This document shows positions 41,093 through 50,682 of a DNA stretch of 64,000 nt, piece after piece. Source of the stretch: a virus. Location of the stretch: positions 1-64,000 of the IMG/VR virus record IMGVR_UViG_3300008448_000009. One strand, 5' to 3'. Position numbers and translations under genes: made by a program. The notes under the pieces are model-generated. The model was given only the letters and a program-made list of their open reading frames with translations. It made no database searches and was not told the origin of the DNA. Each line of letters begins with the position of its first letter. The stretch's first letter is position 1.

Positions 41093-41888
41093 ACTATACA
41101 TACATGATAGAATGTTTTCTCACGCAAAATCTAGTAGTGGGCACAATGAACCAGAGCTATTTGAATGGGTTAGAAAATATGATGAAGACCATTTAATTTT
41201 AACTGACTTTTCATTAACGGAAGTTGATAAGTTTATCAACCCTAAAAAATATGGTTGGCTATTAGAATCACCAGAAATAACACCTAATGCTTATCAATAC
41301 ATAGCTAAAAATTACGATAAATTTGATATGGTTTTTACGTTTAGTAAAGAGCTACTCAAAATATCTGATAAATTTGTTTTAATACCCTACGGTGGTTGTT
41401 GGATTGATGTGGAAGATAGAATGATTTATGAAAAATCAAAAAATGTTTCTATTATCCTATCAGCAAAACAAACAACAGTAGGTCATAGACTTAGACATAC
41501 AGTTTTAAAAACTTTTCCAGCGTTAGACAATTTCGGGTTTAACAATCCAATTGAAAAAAAGATTACAGCGTTAAAAGATTATCGTTTTTCAATTGTAATT
41601 GAAAACTGTCAAAAAGATTATTATTTTAGTGAAAAATTGATTGATTGTTTTATGACTGGTACAATACCAATTTATTGGGGCTGCCCATCTATTGGTGAAT
41701 TTTTCGACACCAATGGAATGTTGATAATAAATAACGTTGATGATTTAGAAGCAGCGATAAAATCTTTAAGTGAAAAACTCTACGCTTCGAAATTGGAATC
41801 AATCAAACATAATTTTGAAGTGGCTAAAAAATATTTGGTCGCTGATAACATCATATACAATAAATTAAAAGAATATGAAGGTAGTTAG
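41079..41888 (+). CDS. GT10-family alpha-1,3/4-fucosyltransferase-like protein
   Basis: Signature YRFSIVIEN...YYFSEKLIDCF..GTIPIYWG. Start probably at ATG 41079. Confidence 0.85.
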   Translation: MLKDKLYIHDRMFSHAKSSSGHNEPELFEWVRKYDEDHLILTDFSLTEVDKFINPKKYGWLLESPEITPNAYQYIAKNYDKFDMVFTFSKELLKISDKFVLIPYGGCWIDVEDRMIYEKSKNVSIILSAKQTTVGHRLRHTVLKTFPALDNFGFNNPIEKKITALKDYRFSIVIENCQKDYYFSEKLIDCFMTGTIPIYWGCPSIGEFFDTNGMLIINNVDDLEAAIKSLSEKLYASKLESIKHNFEVAKKYLVADNIIYNKLKEYEGS

Positions 41889-42558
41889 TTTCTCACTATA
41901 CGGTGATAACGTGATTTACACTGTTGGTTGTATAAAAAACGCCATATTAATGGAGGATTACTTCAAAGATTGGGAAATGTGGGTTTACCATAATGATTCG
42001 GTACCTAGCTTTATTCTGGAAGAGCTTCAAACTCTAGGTGTGCATCTTATCAATACACATGAAAATAATGGGTTTTTGGGTTCCCTTTGGCGTTTCAGAC
42101 CAATCATGGACCAACAGGTTGAATACTTTATATCTAGGGATTGTGATTCAAGGATTAGTTTGCGTGATGAAACCGCTGTCAACGAATGGATTGAGTCTGG
42201 AAAAAGTTTCCACATTATAAGAGAACACCCTATTGGTCACGGTTGGGTTATCAACGCTGGAATGTGGGGTGCCAAGGGTGGTTCAATCCAAAACTTTTCA
42301 GAGTTAATGAGTGCTTACTTGCAAAAAAATAATAGGACTGGTGATAAGACCGTAGACCAATGTTTTTTGAGAGATATTATTCACCCGATTGTGGTTAATG
42401 ATTTGTTTCTACATGATGAGTTCTTCAACTACGAAGGTATTGGGACTCACATAAAAAGAGATAGAAACTTAGACAATTTTGCTTTTATTGGTGAGTCAGT
42501 AGATGAAAATAATTTTCCTAGGGGTGACCAAAGGACTAGTATAAGACAAAGATATTAA
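41875..42558 (+). CDS. Putative glycosyltransferase-like protein
   Basis: SFSLYG, WRF, SRDCDSR (DxD), AGMWG and DQ.FL motifs. Confidence 0.55.
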   Translation: MKVVSFSLYGDNVIYTVGCIKNAILMEDYFKDWEMWVYHNDSVPSFILEELQTLGVHLINTHENNGFLGSLWRFRPIMDQQVEYFISRDCDSRISLRDETAVNEWIESGKSFHIIREHPIGHGWVINAGMWGAKGGSIQNFSELMSAYLQKNNRTGDKTVDQCFLRDIIHPIVVNDLFLHDEFFNYEGIGTHIKRDRNLDNFAFIGESVDENNFPRGDQRTSIRQRY

Positions 42559-42559
42559 A

Positions 42560-43288
42560 ATGAAAATAGATTACGCAATAATGGGGTCAAATATGAACCC
42601 AATGTATTTGGATTTCTGGCCAATTATTTCTAAGACTTGGAAAGAGGTTTTTAACATAACACCAGTATTAGGTTTGATATGTGATGAGGATTCCGATTTT
42701 ATTGAAGATGAATATGGATTGGTTAAAAAGTTTAAAGCAATCGAAGGTATCGACACAGGTCTTCAATCACAAATAATTAGATTGTATCTGGCTAAAGAAC
42801 TTAGTGGTAACATTGTGATTAGCGATATTGATATGGTGCCGCTATCAAAACAATACTTTATTGACCAAGTAGTTGGTTTTGATTCTTTAAAAATATATGT
42901 TATGAGTTCTGATAATGCGGAATGCAATAACAACAAGGAAATCCCGATGTGTTACAACATTTCAGATTCTCAGCTTTTCGCTAGAATGTTACAATTAGAC
43001 AACACTTGGGTAGATTTCGCCAATAGGTTAAACTCTATGGGTTTTGGTTGGACTACAGACCAAAACTATCTATGGCTTAAGATGCAACAATTCAAGGAGC
43101 AAAACCCAGATTCTGTTGTTTTATTGAGCCGAGGTTGGCCACGTGGGGCCGATAGACGAATAGACCGTTTATGGTGGTCATATGATGCTAATTTGGTTAA
43201 TTCTGGTTACTACATTGATTCACATTTATTAAGACCATATAAACAACATAAGTCACAAGTTGACACACTTATTAATTTGTTGTACTAA
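42560..43288 (+). CDS. Putative glycosyltransferase-like protein
   Basis: SDIDMVPL (DxD), WTTDQ and YIDSHLLRPY motifs, plus context. Confidence 0.5.
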   Translation: MKIDYAIMGSNMNPMYLDFWPIISKTWKEVFNITPVLGLICDEDSDFIEDEYGLVKKFKAIEGIDTGLQSQIIRLYLAKELSGNIVISDIDMVPLSKQYFIDQVVGFDSLKIYVMSSDNAECNNNKEIPMCYNISDSQLFARMLQLDNTWVDFANRLNSMGFGWTTDQNYLWLKMQQFKEQNPDSVVLLSRGWPRGADRRIDRLWWSYDANLVNSGYYIDSHLLRPYKQHKSQVDTLINLLY

Positions 43289-44043
43289 TGGAATTTATCA
43301 CTGGTAACAAGTTTAAACGAGCTTGTCACTATTCTCTAGATGAGAAAGGATTTGTAAAACACTCAGAACCAATAAACGGTGAAACGTTAAGAATATTTGT
43401 TAAGATTGATTATGTGTATTCGTTTTTTACTATAAATATTGAAACACCATATATTTTATTTACACACAATGGGGATTTACCAGTAGATGATAATTACTTG
43501 CGTTACATGGATAACCCTAACCTGTTAAAATGGTGTGGTCAAAATATTATGACGCAACACCCTAAGCTTTCATCAATACCAATCGGTTTAGGTAATGAAA
43601 TTTGGTCTCACGGTGACGAAAAAGTTTTTAGTGAAGTCATAGACCAGAACCTACCAAAAGAACGTCTTATATATGTTAATTTTGATGTTAACACCAATAG
43701 ACGTGAACGCAATTATTGTTTAAACGAATTAAACCAAAAAGGGTTTCAAATGGGTGATAAACTTCCTTTTAAAGAATATTTACAAGAAGTGGCTAAAAGT
43801 TATTTTGTCGTATCACCCAACGGTAACGGTGTTGATTGTCATAAAACTTGGGAAGCATTGTATTTGGGTACAATACCAATCGTGACAAAATCAATCAATA
43901 TTGGGTTTTACAATGATTACCCTATGGTAGTTATAGATTCGTGGTCAGATTTTGACCCATCATCGTTTTCAATAGAGCTTTACCAAAAATTATGGTCAGA
44001 TTTTGACCAAACAAAAATTGATGTTAATTATTTTATCAAATGA
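43288..44043 (+). CDS. Exostosin/GT47-like glycosyltransferase
   Basis: SYFVVSPNGNGVDCHKTWEALYLGTIPIV. Confidence 0.7.
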   Translation: MEFITGNKFKRACHYSLDEKGFVKHSEPINGETLRIFVKIDYVYSFFTINIETPYILFTHNGDLPVDDNYLRYMDNPNLLKWCGQNIMTQHPKLSSIPIGLGNEIWSHGDEKVFSEVIDQNLPKERLIYVNFDVNTNRRERNYCLNELNQKGFQMGDKLPFKEYLQEVAKSYFVVSPNGNGVDCHKTWEALYLGTIPIVTKSINIGFYNDYPMVVIDSWSDFDPSSFSIELYQKLWSDFDQTKIDVNYFIK

Positions 44044-44828
44044 AAAAAGTATTAGTGATTATTTCGGATGGAAATTATTTAGAGCATGCAAAATCATTGT
44101 TTTCAAATGTTAAAAATGAAGGCAAATGGGATGGGGACTTATGTCTTATTGCCAATAACTTGGATGGTCATGATTTGTCTGATTTTGAGAAATTCGGGGT
44201 TAAAATCTTACACAGAAATTGCGACAATAAATTCAGAATAAACCTACATGTTTTTGACATATATTTTAAACAATGGGATTATGTTATTTACATGGATTGT
44301 GATTTTATGGTATTTAAAGATTTGAATAAATTCTTAGACAAATACGATACTAATTTTATCGGGTTACTGGCAGATATTGAACCATTTAAAATAAAAGACT
44401 ACCTATGTCAAGGTTGGGATTTGGGTAACAAAAATTCTTCACTATCAAAACTAGAGGGGAAATATGATTTAAACAAAAACGGTTTTAACGCTGGTTTCTT
44501 CTCATTCAACACAAAAGTAATCAATAAAGATACGTTAAATGAGTTGTTTGGTTTAGAAAATGAAATTAAAGACGTAAACAATCATATCATACCAACTGGT
44601 AGTGACCAACCAATCTTTAATTTGTACTTTATTGATAAAGTTGAGTATATACAAAATAACGACATTTGTTATTGTGGTTTGATAAGCGAAGAAACAACTG
44701 CTGCTCATTTTTGTGGTGGTGATAGACCTTGGACCCGTAACGAATTTTCAAATTCGTTTAATATGACATTTAAAGAAAAATATGACGAAAATTTAAACAG
44801 GTTTTATGAGTGTATCAATAAATTATAG
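44040..44828 (+). CDS. GT8-like glycosyltransferase
   Basis: VIYMDCD, FNAGF, SDQPIFN and HFCGGDRPW motifs. Confidence 0.8.
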   Translation: MKKVLVIISDGNYLEHAKSLFSNVKNEGKWDGDLCLIANNLDGHDLSDFEKFGVKILHRNCDNKFRINLHVFDIYFKQWDYVIYMDCDFMVFKDLNKFLDKYDTNFIGLLADIEPFKIKDYLCQGWDLGNKNSSLSKLEGKYDLNKNGFNAGFFSFNTKVINKDTLNELFGLENEIKDVNNHIIPTGSDQPIFNLYFIDKVEYIQNNDICYCGLISEETTAAHFCGGDRPWTRNEFSNSFNMTFKEKYDENLNRFYECINKL

Positions 44829-45567
44829 TGGTAGGTTAGGTAACAATTTGTTCCAATATGTCGCTGCGTATATCTTTGCTAAAAAATTTAATCTAAAAAT
44901 ATCGTCTGGTGTTGTGGAGAATAAATTTGATTTGCCTTTGTTGACTGGTGAAGAAACTGGTGGGCCAATCATCGATGTTGATGATTCTAATTTCATGAGG
45001 TTATTGGAATCGGAAAGTATCACACCAGCTCATTATCGTTTTGTTGGTTATTATCAAAATAGAGATTTTATCTTAAAAAATAGAGATGAAATAAAGTCGC
45101 TATTTAATTTAACCTTTACCGATACACCAAATGACCAAGTATTTGTCGCGTACAGAATTGGTGATATAAACGGTGAAAGACAAATGTTACCAATTGAATA
45201 CTACAGGGAAGCCTTACAAAACATTCGTTGTCACGATGGTTATATCACTTCAGACACACCAGACCACCCTAATGTTTTGCAATTAGCAAACGAATTTAAT
45301 TTAAAGATTTATAATGAATCACCTTTAGAAACTATTGATTTTGCCAAAAATTTTAATAACTTGGTGTTGAGTGAAGGAAGTTTTAGTTGGTGGATTGGTT
45401 TTCTTAGTAATGCTGAAAACATTTATTACAACGAAAGACCTAGATTCTGGCATGGAGATATATTTGTTCTACCAGAATGGAAGGGGTTAAAATATGACTG
45501 GTGTCCAACATGTGTCGGACATAATAATATGTTAAAATGTAACAAAATAATAAATAATAATATATGA
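44806..45567 (+). CDS. GT11-family alpha-1,2-fucosyltransferase-like protein
   Basis: GRLGNNLFQY, GYYQ, YRIGD and SFSWW motifs. Confidence 0.82.
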   Translation: MSVSINYSGRLGNNLFQYVAAYIFAKKFNLKISSGVVENKFDLPLLTGEETGGPIIDVDDSNFMRLLESESITPAHYRFVGYYQNRDFILKNRDEIKSLFNLTFTDTPNDQVFVAYRIGDINGERQMLPIEYYREALQNIRCHDGYITSDTPDHPNVLQLANEFNLKIYNESPLETIDFAKNFNNLVLSEGSFSWWIGFLSNAENIYYNERPRFWHGDIFVLPEWKGLKYDWCPTCVGHNNMLKCNKIINNNI

Positions 45568-46193
45568 AAATAGCTTTTGATATTGGTGCAAATATAGGTC
45601 AAACTGTTGACGAACTATTACCTAATTATGATAAAATAATTTGTTTTGAACCAAACCCAAGTCTTGTAACCGTTATTAAAAATAAATTTTTTAATAATGA
45701 TAAAGTTACTATTGAAGAATTAGGATTATCGGATAAAACAGAAACTAAAAAATTTAATATTTCAAACTCACATGTTGTGTCAACATTTTCTGAGGATTGG
45801 ATAAATAACTCCAGATTCACCAATGTTTATAATTGGGATACATCAATAGATGTTAAAACAACAACATTAGATGAAGTTATCGATAAATACGGTATCCCAT
45901 ATTTTATAAAAATAGATGTTGAAGGTTATGAATATGAAGTATTAAAAGGGTTGACAAAACTATTAGACAACACTTATTTTGCTTTTGAATGGGCTGAAGA
46001 ACAATATGAAATAGTGAATAAAACTGTTAAATATTTAAAAGAGTTAGGTTACAACAATTTCTCATACACATATCAAGATAGTCTATTAAATTTAGAAAAT
46101 ATTAATTGGTGTAATTGGGAAGATTTAACCATACATAATGACATAAACAAAGACCGAAAAGAAAAGTGGGGTATGATTTACTTTAAAAAATAA
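45564..46193 (+). CDS. FkbM-family methyltransferase
   Basis: FDIGANIG, CFEPNP and IKIDVEGYE motifs. Confidence 0.92.
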   Translation: MKIAFDIGANIGQTVDELLPNYDKIICFEPNPSLVTVIKNKFFNNDKVTIEELGLSDKTETKKFNISNSHVVSTFSEDWINNSRFTNVYNWDTSIDVKTTTLDEVIDKYGIPYFIKIDVEGYEYEVLKGLTKLLDNTYFAFEWAEEQYEIVNKTVKYLKELGYNNFSYTYQDSLLNLENINWCNWEDLTIHNDINKDRKEKWGMIYFKK

Positions 46194-46196
46194 AAT

Positions 46197-46832
46197 ATGT
46201 TTAATAATTTTAATATAGAAACAAATGGCGAAATATTTTTCGTAAACAAAATCAAAGATGAAATTGATATTATTTTTGATATAGGTAGTAGAGATGATAG
46301 TTTATTTTTAAGTTTTGAAAAGGAAGTTCATTATTTTGAACCAGTACCAAATTTTTTAGAAGAATTAAAACAAAAAAATAACAAAAATAAAAAATCTTTT
46401 TTTAATGCTTTTGGGTTATCTGACACCGATACGGTATTACCATATTACGTAAATTTTCAATCTTTCGTAGATAGGTCTAACTCACAAGGTAGTTCGTCAA
46501 AAATAGAATTAATAGTTAAAAAAGCTATAGATTATATAAACGATAACGGAATAAATAATATAGGTTTAATTAAAATAGACACTGAAGGTTTCGAATTAAA
46601 TGTTATGAAAGGGTTTGGTGAAAAGCTAAATATTGTTAAATACATTCAGTTTGAATACGGTGGAACATATTTAGACAAAGGGTTAAAATTAATAGACGTT
46701 GTTAACTATTTGAAAAATCATGGTTTTGATGATTTTTCATATTTAGGTGGTGAAGTTTTAACACCTATAACTGATTTTACCGACCATTACAATTACTCAA
46801 ACATAGTTTGTAAAAATAAAAAATATGAATAA
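46197..46832 (+). CDS. FkbM-family methyltransferase
   Basis: FDIG, YFEP, IKIDTEGFELNV and IQFEYGG motifs. Confidence 0.88.
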   Translation: MFNNFNIETNGEIFFVNKIKDEIDIIFDIGSRDDSLFLSFEKEVHYFEPVPNFLEELKQKNNKNKKSFFNAFGLSDTDTVLPYYVNFQSFVDRSNSQGSSSKIELIVKKAIDYINDNGINNIGLIKIDTEGFELNVMKGFGEKLNIVKYIQFEYGGTYLDKGLKLIDVVNYLKNHGFDDFSYLGGEVLTPITDFTDHYNYSNIVCKNKKYE

Positions 46833-47802
46833 AACAGCTTTAATCATTGGCGCCAACGGTCAAGATGCGTCATACATGGCAGAATTCCTTATAGAAAAAG
46901 GATACGTTGTACATGGGACTATTAGAAGAAATTCTGTTCCAGAATCACAAACAACTAGAATCGAGCATTTACGTTCACAAGATTTAATAACACTTCATTA
47001 TATGGACCTTACAGACCCTATTAGTGTTGAGTCAATCATCAATGAATTGAAACCAGATGAGATTTATCATTTAGCAGCTCAATCACATGTTCAAATTAGT
47101 TTTGAATTACCTAAATATACTTTGGATGTTAACGCTGGTGGTACACTAGCTGTATTAGAAGCGGTTAGAAAATTCTCACCTAAATCAAAAATTTATCACG
47201 CAGCGACTTCAGAAATGTTTGGGAACCAATCTGACCAAGATTATTTTCAAAGAGAAACTACTAAAATGATTCCAGTATCACCATATGGTTGTAGCAAGTT
47301 GTATGCACATAGTCTTTGCCATAACTACAGAAATTCATATAATATGTTTATTAGTTCTGGTATATTATTCAACCACGAGAGCCCTAGAAGAGGGATAAAT
47401 TTTGTTACTAACAAAGTAGTGCTTGAAGCTGTAAAGATTAAACTAGGGCTCTCTAATGAGCTTGTATTGGGTAATCTAGACGCTATGAGAGATTGGGGTC
47501 ACGCAAAAGACTATGTTGAAGGTATGTGGTTGATGCTACAACAAGAAAAACCAAATGACTATGTGTTAGCCACTGGGATTTCAAATAAAGTTAGTGATTT
47601 GGTTGATTATGTTTTTGGTAAATTAGAGTTAGGCCAAGAAAAATATGTTAAATTAGATAAAAAATTTGAACGAGCAGAAGAATTACACTATCTAAGAGGT
47701 GACGCCACTAAAGCTAAAACAGAATTGGGTTGGCAACCTAAATATACTTTCGAAAGTATGTTAGACGAAATGATAGAATATTGGTTAAATAAATTAAGTT
47801 AA
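46825..47802 (+). CDS. gmd: GDP-mannose 4,6-dehydratase
   Basis: GANGQD, LAAQSHV, TSEMFG, SPYGCSK, LFNHESPRRG and RDWGHAKDYV motifs. Confidence 0.95.
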   Translation: MNKTALIIGANGQDASYMAEFLIEKGYVVHGTIRRNSVPESQTTRIEHLRSQDLITLHYMDLTDPISVESIINELKPDEIYHLAAQSHVQISFELPKYTLDVNAGGTLAVLEAVRKFSPKSKIYHAATSEMFGNQSDQDYFQRETTKMIPVSPYGCSKLYAHSLCHNYRNSYNMFISSGILFNHESPRRGINFVTNKVVLEAVKIKLGLSNELVLGNLDAMRDWGHAKDYVEGMWLMLQQEKPNDYVLATGISNKVSDLVDYVFGKLELGQEKYVKLDKKFERAEELHYLRGDATKAKTELGWQPKYTFESMLDEMIEYWLNKLS

Positions 47803-47804
47803 TT

Positions 47805-48740
47805 ATGGGAAATTTATTAGTTACAGGTGCCAACGGTTTAGTTGGTTCACAATTTAAAGGTGATTTAATTCAAATCACTTCAAAACATGGTGATTTAAAA
47901 AACCCTAAGACTATTGATAGTCTTTTACATTTTTATGCTGATAAAGAACTTAGAAAAGAACACGCTGTGGATAGAATCATACACTGTGCTGCCAAAGTTG
48001 GTGGAGTTGGTGGAAACATGAAATATAAAGGTGAATTTTTTTACGATAACATTATGATTAACACCAACGTAATTGAATCAGCAAGACAACACGGTGTTAA
48101 AAAATTAGTAGCGTTCCTATCTACATGTGTTTTTCCAGACAACGTAGAATACCCTTTAACTGAATCTAAAATACACTTAGGGCCACCACATTTTTCAAAT
48201 GATGCATATGCCTACGCAAAACGTATGGCAGAAGTTCAAATAAGAGCTTATAGAGAACAATATGGGTTAAACTATACGTCAGTAATACCTACAAACATTT
48301 ATGGTCCTAACGACAACTTTAACATAGAAAACGGACATGTTATTCCATCATTAATACACAAATGTTATTTAGCAAGAGAAAACAACACAGATTTAACTAT
48401 TTGGGGTTCTGGAAAACCACTTAGAGAATTCATATACTCTAAAGATGTTGCCGAACTAGCGTTGTGGGTTTTAGAAAACTATGATGAACCAGAACCAATT
48501 ATTTTATCGACATCACAAGAGATATCAATTAAAGATGTTGTTGGTGTTATTGTTGATGCTATGAATTTTAAAGGTAATGTTATTTTTGATAAAACAAAAC
48601 CAGACGGACAATTTAGAAAACCTAGTGATAACTCAAAGTTAATGAGTTATTTACCAGATTTTAAGTTTACACCTTTTGATGTTGGTATAAAAGAAACGGT
48701 AGAATGGTTTGAGAAAAACTATCCTAACATAAAACAATAA
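47805..48740 (+). CDS. fcl: GDP-L-fucose synthase (epimerase/reductase)
   Basis: TGANGLVG, AAKVGG, YAYAKR, PTNIYGPNDNF, HVIPSL, WGSGKPLREF and KPDGQFRK motifs. Confidence 0.93.
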   Translation: MGNLLVTGANGLVGSQFKGDLIQITSKHGDLKNPKTIDSLLHFYADKELRKEHAVDRIIHCAAKVGGVGGNMKYKGEFFYDNIMINTNVIESARQHGVKKLVAFLSTCVFPDNVEYPLTESKIHLGPPHFSNDAYAYAKRMAEVQIRAYREQYGLNYTSVIPTNIYGPNDNFNIENGHVIPSLIHKCYLARENNTDLTIWGSGKPLREFIYSKDVAELALWVLENYDEPEPIILSTSQEISIKDVVGVIVDAMNFKGNVIFDKTKPDGQFRKPSDNSKLMSYLPDFKFTPFDVGIKETVEWFEKNYPNIKQ

Positions 48741-48761
48741 TATATTTATTAATAAAAATTT

Positions 48762-49622
48762 ATGACTAGAAAAGTTACACCAGCTCCAAAAAGTGGTACC
48801 ACAAAAACTACTAGAGCTAAAAAAGCTGTTTTACCAAAAGAATCAACGATTAACCTTAAACAAGATTTATTGTCTCAAATTAAAATAGATTTGAAACATA
48901 AAAACGAAACTCAAAAAAAGCTAACTAATTCTATTAAAAATGGCGACGTAACCGTATGTATCGGCCCAGCTGGTACTGGTAAAACTCTTCTTAGTGTCGC
49001 TGAAGCTTTATTGTTGTTAAAAACACATCCAGACAAATATCATGACATAAAATTGGTTAAGTCTATAGTCCAACTTAAAGATGAAGACCTAGGTACTTTG
49101 CCAGGTGACGAAAAAGATAAACTTAAATTCATCATGATGTCTTTCCTTGACGCTTTCTACCAATTAATCGGTGAAGAACTTACTGATAAACTTATAGAGG
49201 TTGGGTATATCAAAATGGAAGTTTTTGGTTCTGTTAGAGGTAGGTCAATCCCAAATTGTATCCTATTGTTTGATGAATTTCAAAATGTTAACGATGGAAA
49301 CGCAAAAACACTTCTTACAAGGTTTTCTGAAAACACAAAAGTTGTAATATTAGGTGACACAAACCAAGTAGACCTTAAAAAGAAAGAAGACAGCTCCTTG
49401 GGTGAATTGGTAAGAATGGTTAAATTGTTGCCAGAAGAACAAGGTGTTTCTGTGATTGAATTTAGTGAAGAAGAAATTGTTAGACATAGACTTACAAAAT
49501 TCTTTGTTAAACTTTTTGAACACCCAGAGTATAAAAAACAAAACAAACCAACTAGGGTAAATATTCCAGTTGTTTTAAAAAAGAAAACTTTTTTAGAAAA
49601 ATTTTTAGATTTATTTAGATAA
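48762..49622 (+). CDS. phoH: PhoH-family ATPase
   Basis: GPAGTGKT, LGTLPGD, RGRS, DEFQN, GDTNQVD and IVRH motifs. Confidence 0.92.
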   Translation: MTRKVTPAPKSGTTKTTRAKKAVLPKESTINLKQDLLSQIKIDLKHKNETQKKLTNSIKNGDVTVCIGPAGTGKTLLSVAEALLLLKTHPDKYHDIKLVKSIVQLKDEDLGTLPGDEKDKLKFIMMSFLDAFYQLIGEELTDKLIEVGYIKMEVFGSVRGRSIPNCILLFDEFQNVNDGNAKTLLTRFSENTKVVILGDTNQVDLKKKEDSSLGELVRMVKLLPEEQGVSVIEFSEEEIVRHRLTKFFVKLFEHPEYKKQNKPTRVNIPVVLKKKTFLEKFLDLFR

Positions 49623-49671
49623 ATTATATTTTTTGCTTTACTTATCGATTTTTAATCAGTAAATTGGTTAT

Positions 49672-50301
49672 ATGAAAATAGGAATAAGCATAAATGAGGT
49701 TTTAAGGGATTTTATTGGACAGTTCATCTACACCTATGACAAGTATATTGTTCCAGAGCTAGAAGCTGATGGGATAACAGTACCAGACTTAGAGATAGAA
49801 GATGTAACCAGTTTCAATTTAATGGACCATTTTGAATTTAAAGACATCAACAGATTCAATACGTTTCTATATTTAGAAGCACCTCTAGAAATTTTTGGTC
49901 ATGCTGACCTGATGTCAGATGGTTTAATGAACCATTTCAATAACTTTTTAATGGATATTAAAGACGACGAAGAGCACGAAGTATATTTGGTTAGTCGTGA
50001 AGTTGATAAAAGTATCCCATCTACTTATTTTTTCCTTTCTAAAACTGGCTGTAAAGCCGATAAAATACAGTTCTGTTCTAATAATGAAAATGAATGGGAT
50101 GGAATTGACGTTTTGGTAACTGCTAACGTAATAGCTTTGGAAAACAAACCACAAGGTAAAATCAGCATTAAAGTTAAATCACCTTACAATAAAGATGTGA
50201 AAGCTGATTACGAAATCGACACTCTTTTAGATTTCATAAATAATGAAGAATTCAGAAATAGAATTTTAAATACAATAATAACAACTTACGAAGAAATTTA
50301 A
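49672..50301 (+). CDS. 5'(3')-nucleotidase (HAD/NT5C)-like protein with a degenerate motif I
   Basis: KIGISINEVLRDF in place of the canonical IGIDIDGVL. C-terminal SPYN. Confidence 0.55.
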   Translation: MKIGISINEVLRDFIGQFIYTYDKYIVPELEADGITVPDLEIEDVTSFNLMDHFEFKDINRFNTFLYLEAPLEIFGHADLMSDGLMNHFNNFLMDIKDDEEHEVYLVSREVDKSIPSTYFFLSKTGCKADKIQFCSNNENEWDGIDVLVTANVIALENKPQGKISIKVKSPYNKDVKADYEIDTLLDFINNEEFRNRILNTIITTYEEI

Positions 50302-50306
50302 AAATT

Positions 50307-50660
50307 ATGATTGATTTTGGCGGGGCAATTTATTATCTAGATATTGATAGATTTACAGAACTTATCAAAATGGATGACAAACAAGATGACAAAGTTTATG
50401 AAACTGTTATCAAAAATTTTAAAGATGAAAAAGGAAAACTTCTTACTACTGAAGAATTAACAACATGTAGAGAAAGAGACGTTTTCATCAACACTAACAA
50501 ACATGAAATGTTCAGACTAATGATAGAAATTATCTTAGATGACATTGAAGAAGCTGACGATTCGTTAGGTTCAGAAAGAGCTTTATCAAAAGCTTTATTC
50601 TCTTACAAATTAGCATTTAATACTCTACTACATTACGGAATATTAGTAGAAGTTGAATAA
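50307..50660 (+). CDS. Hypothetical protein
   Basis: 117-aa ORF. Confidence 0.6.
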   Translation: MIDFGGAIYYLDIDRFTELIKMDDKQDDKVYETVIKNFKDEKGKLLTTEELTTCRERDVFINTNKHEMFRLMIEIILDDIEEADDSLGSERALSKALFSYKLAFNTLLHYGILVEVE

Positions 50661-50682
50661 TAAAATTAAAATAAAAAAACAA

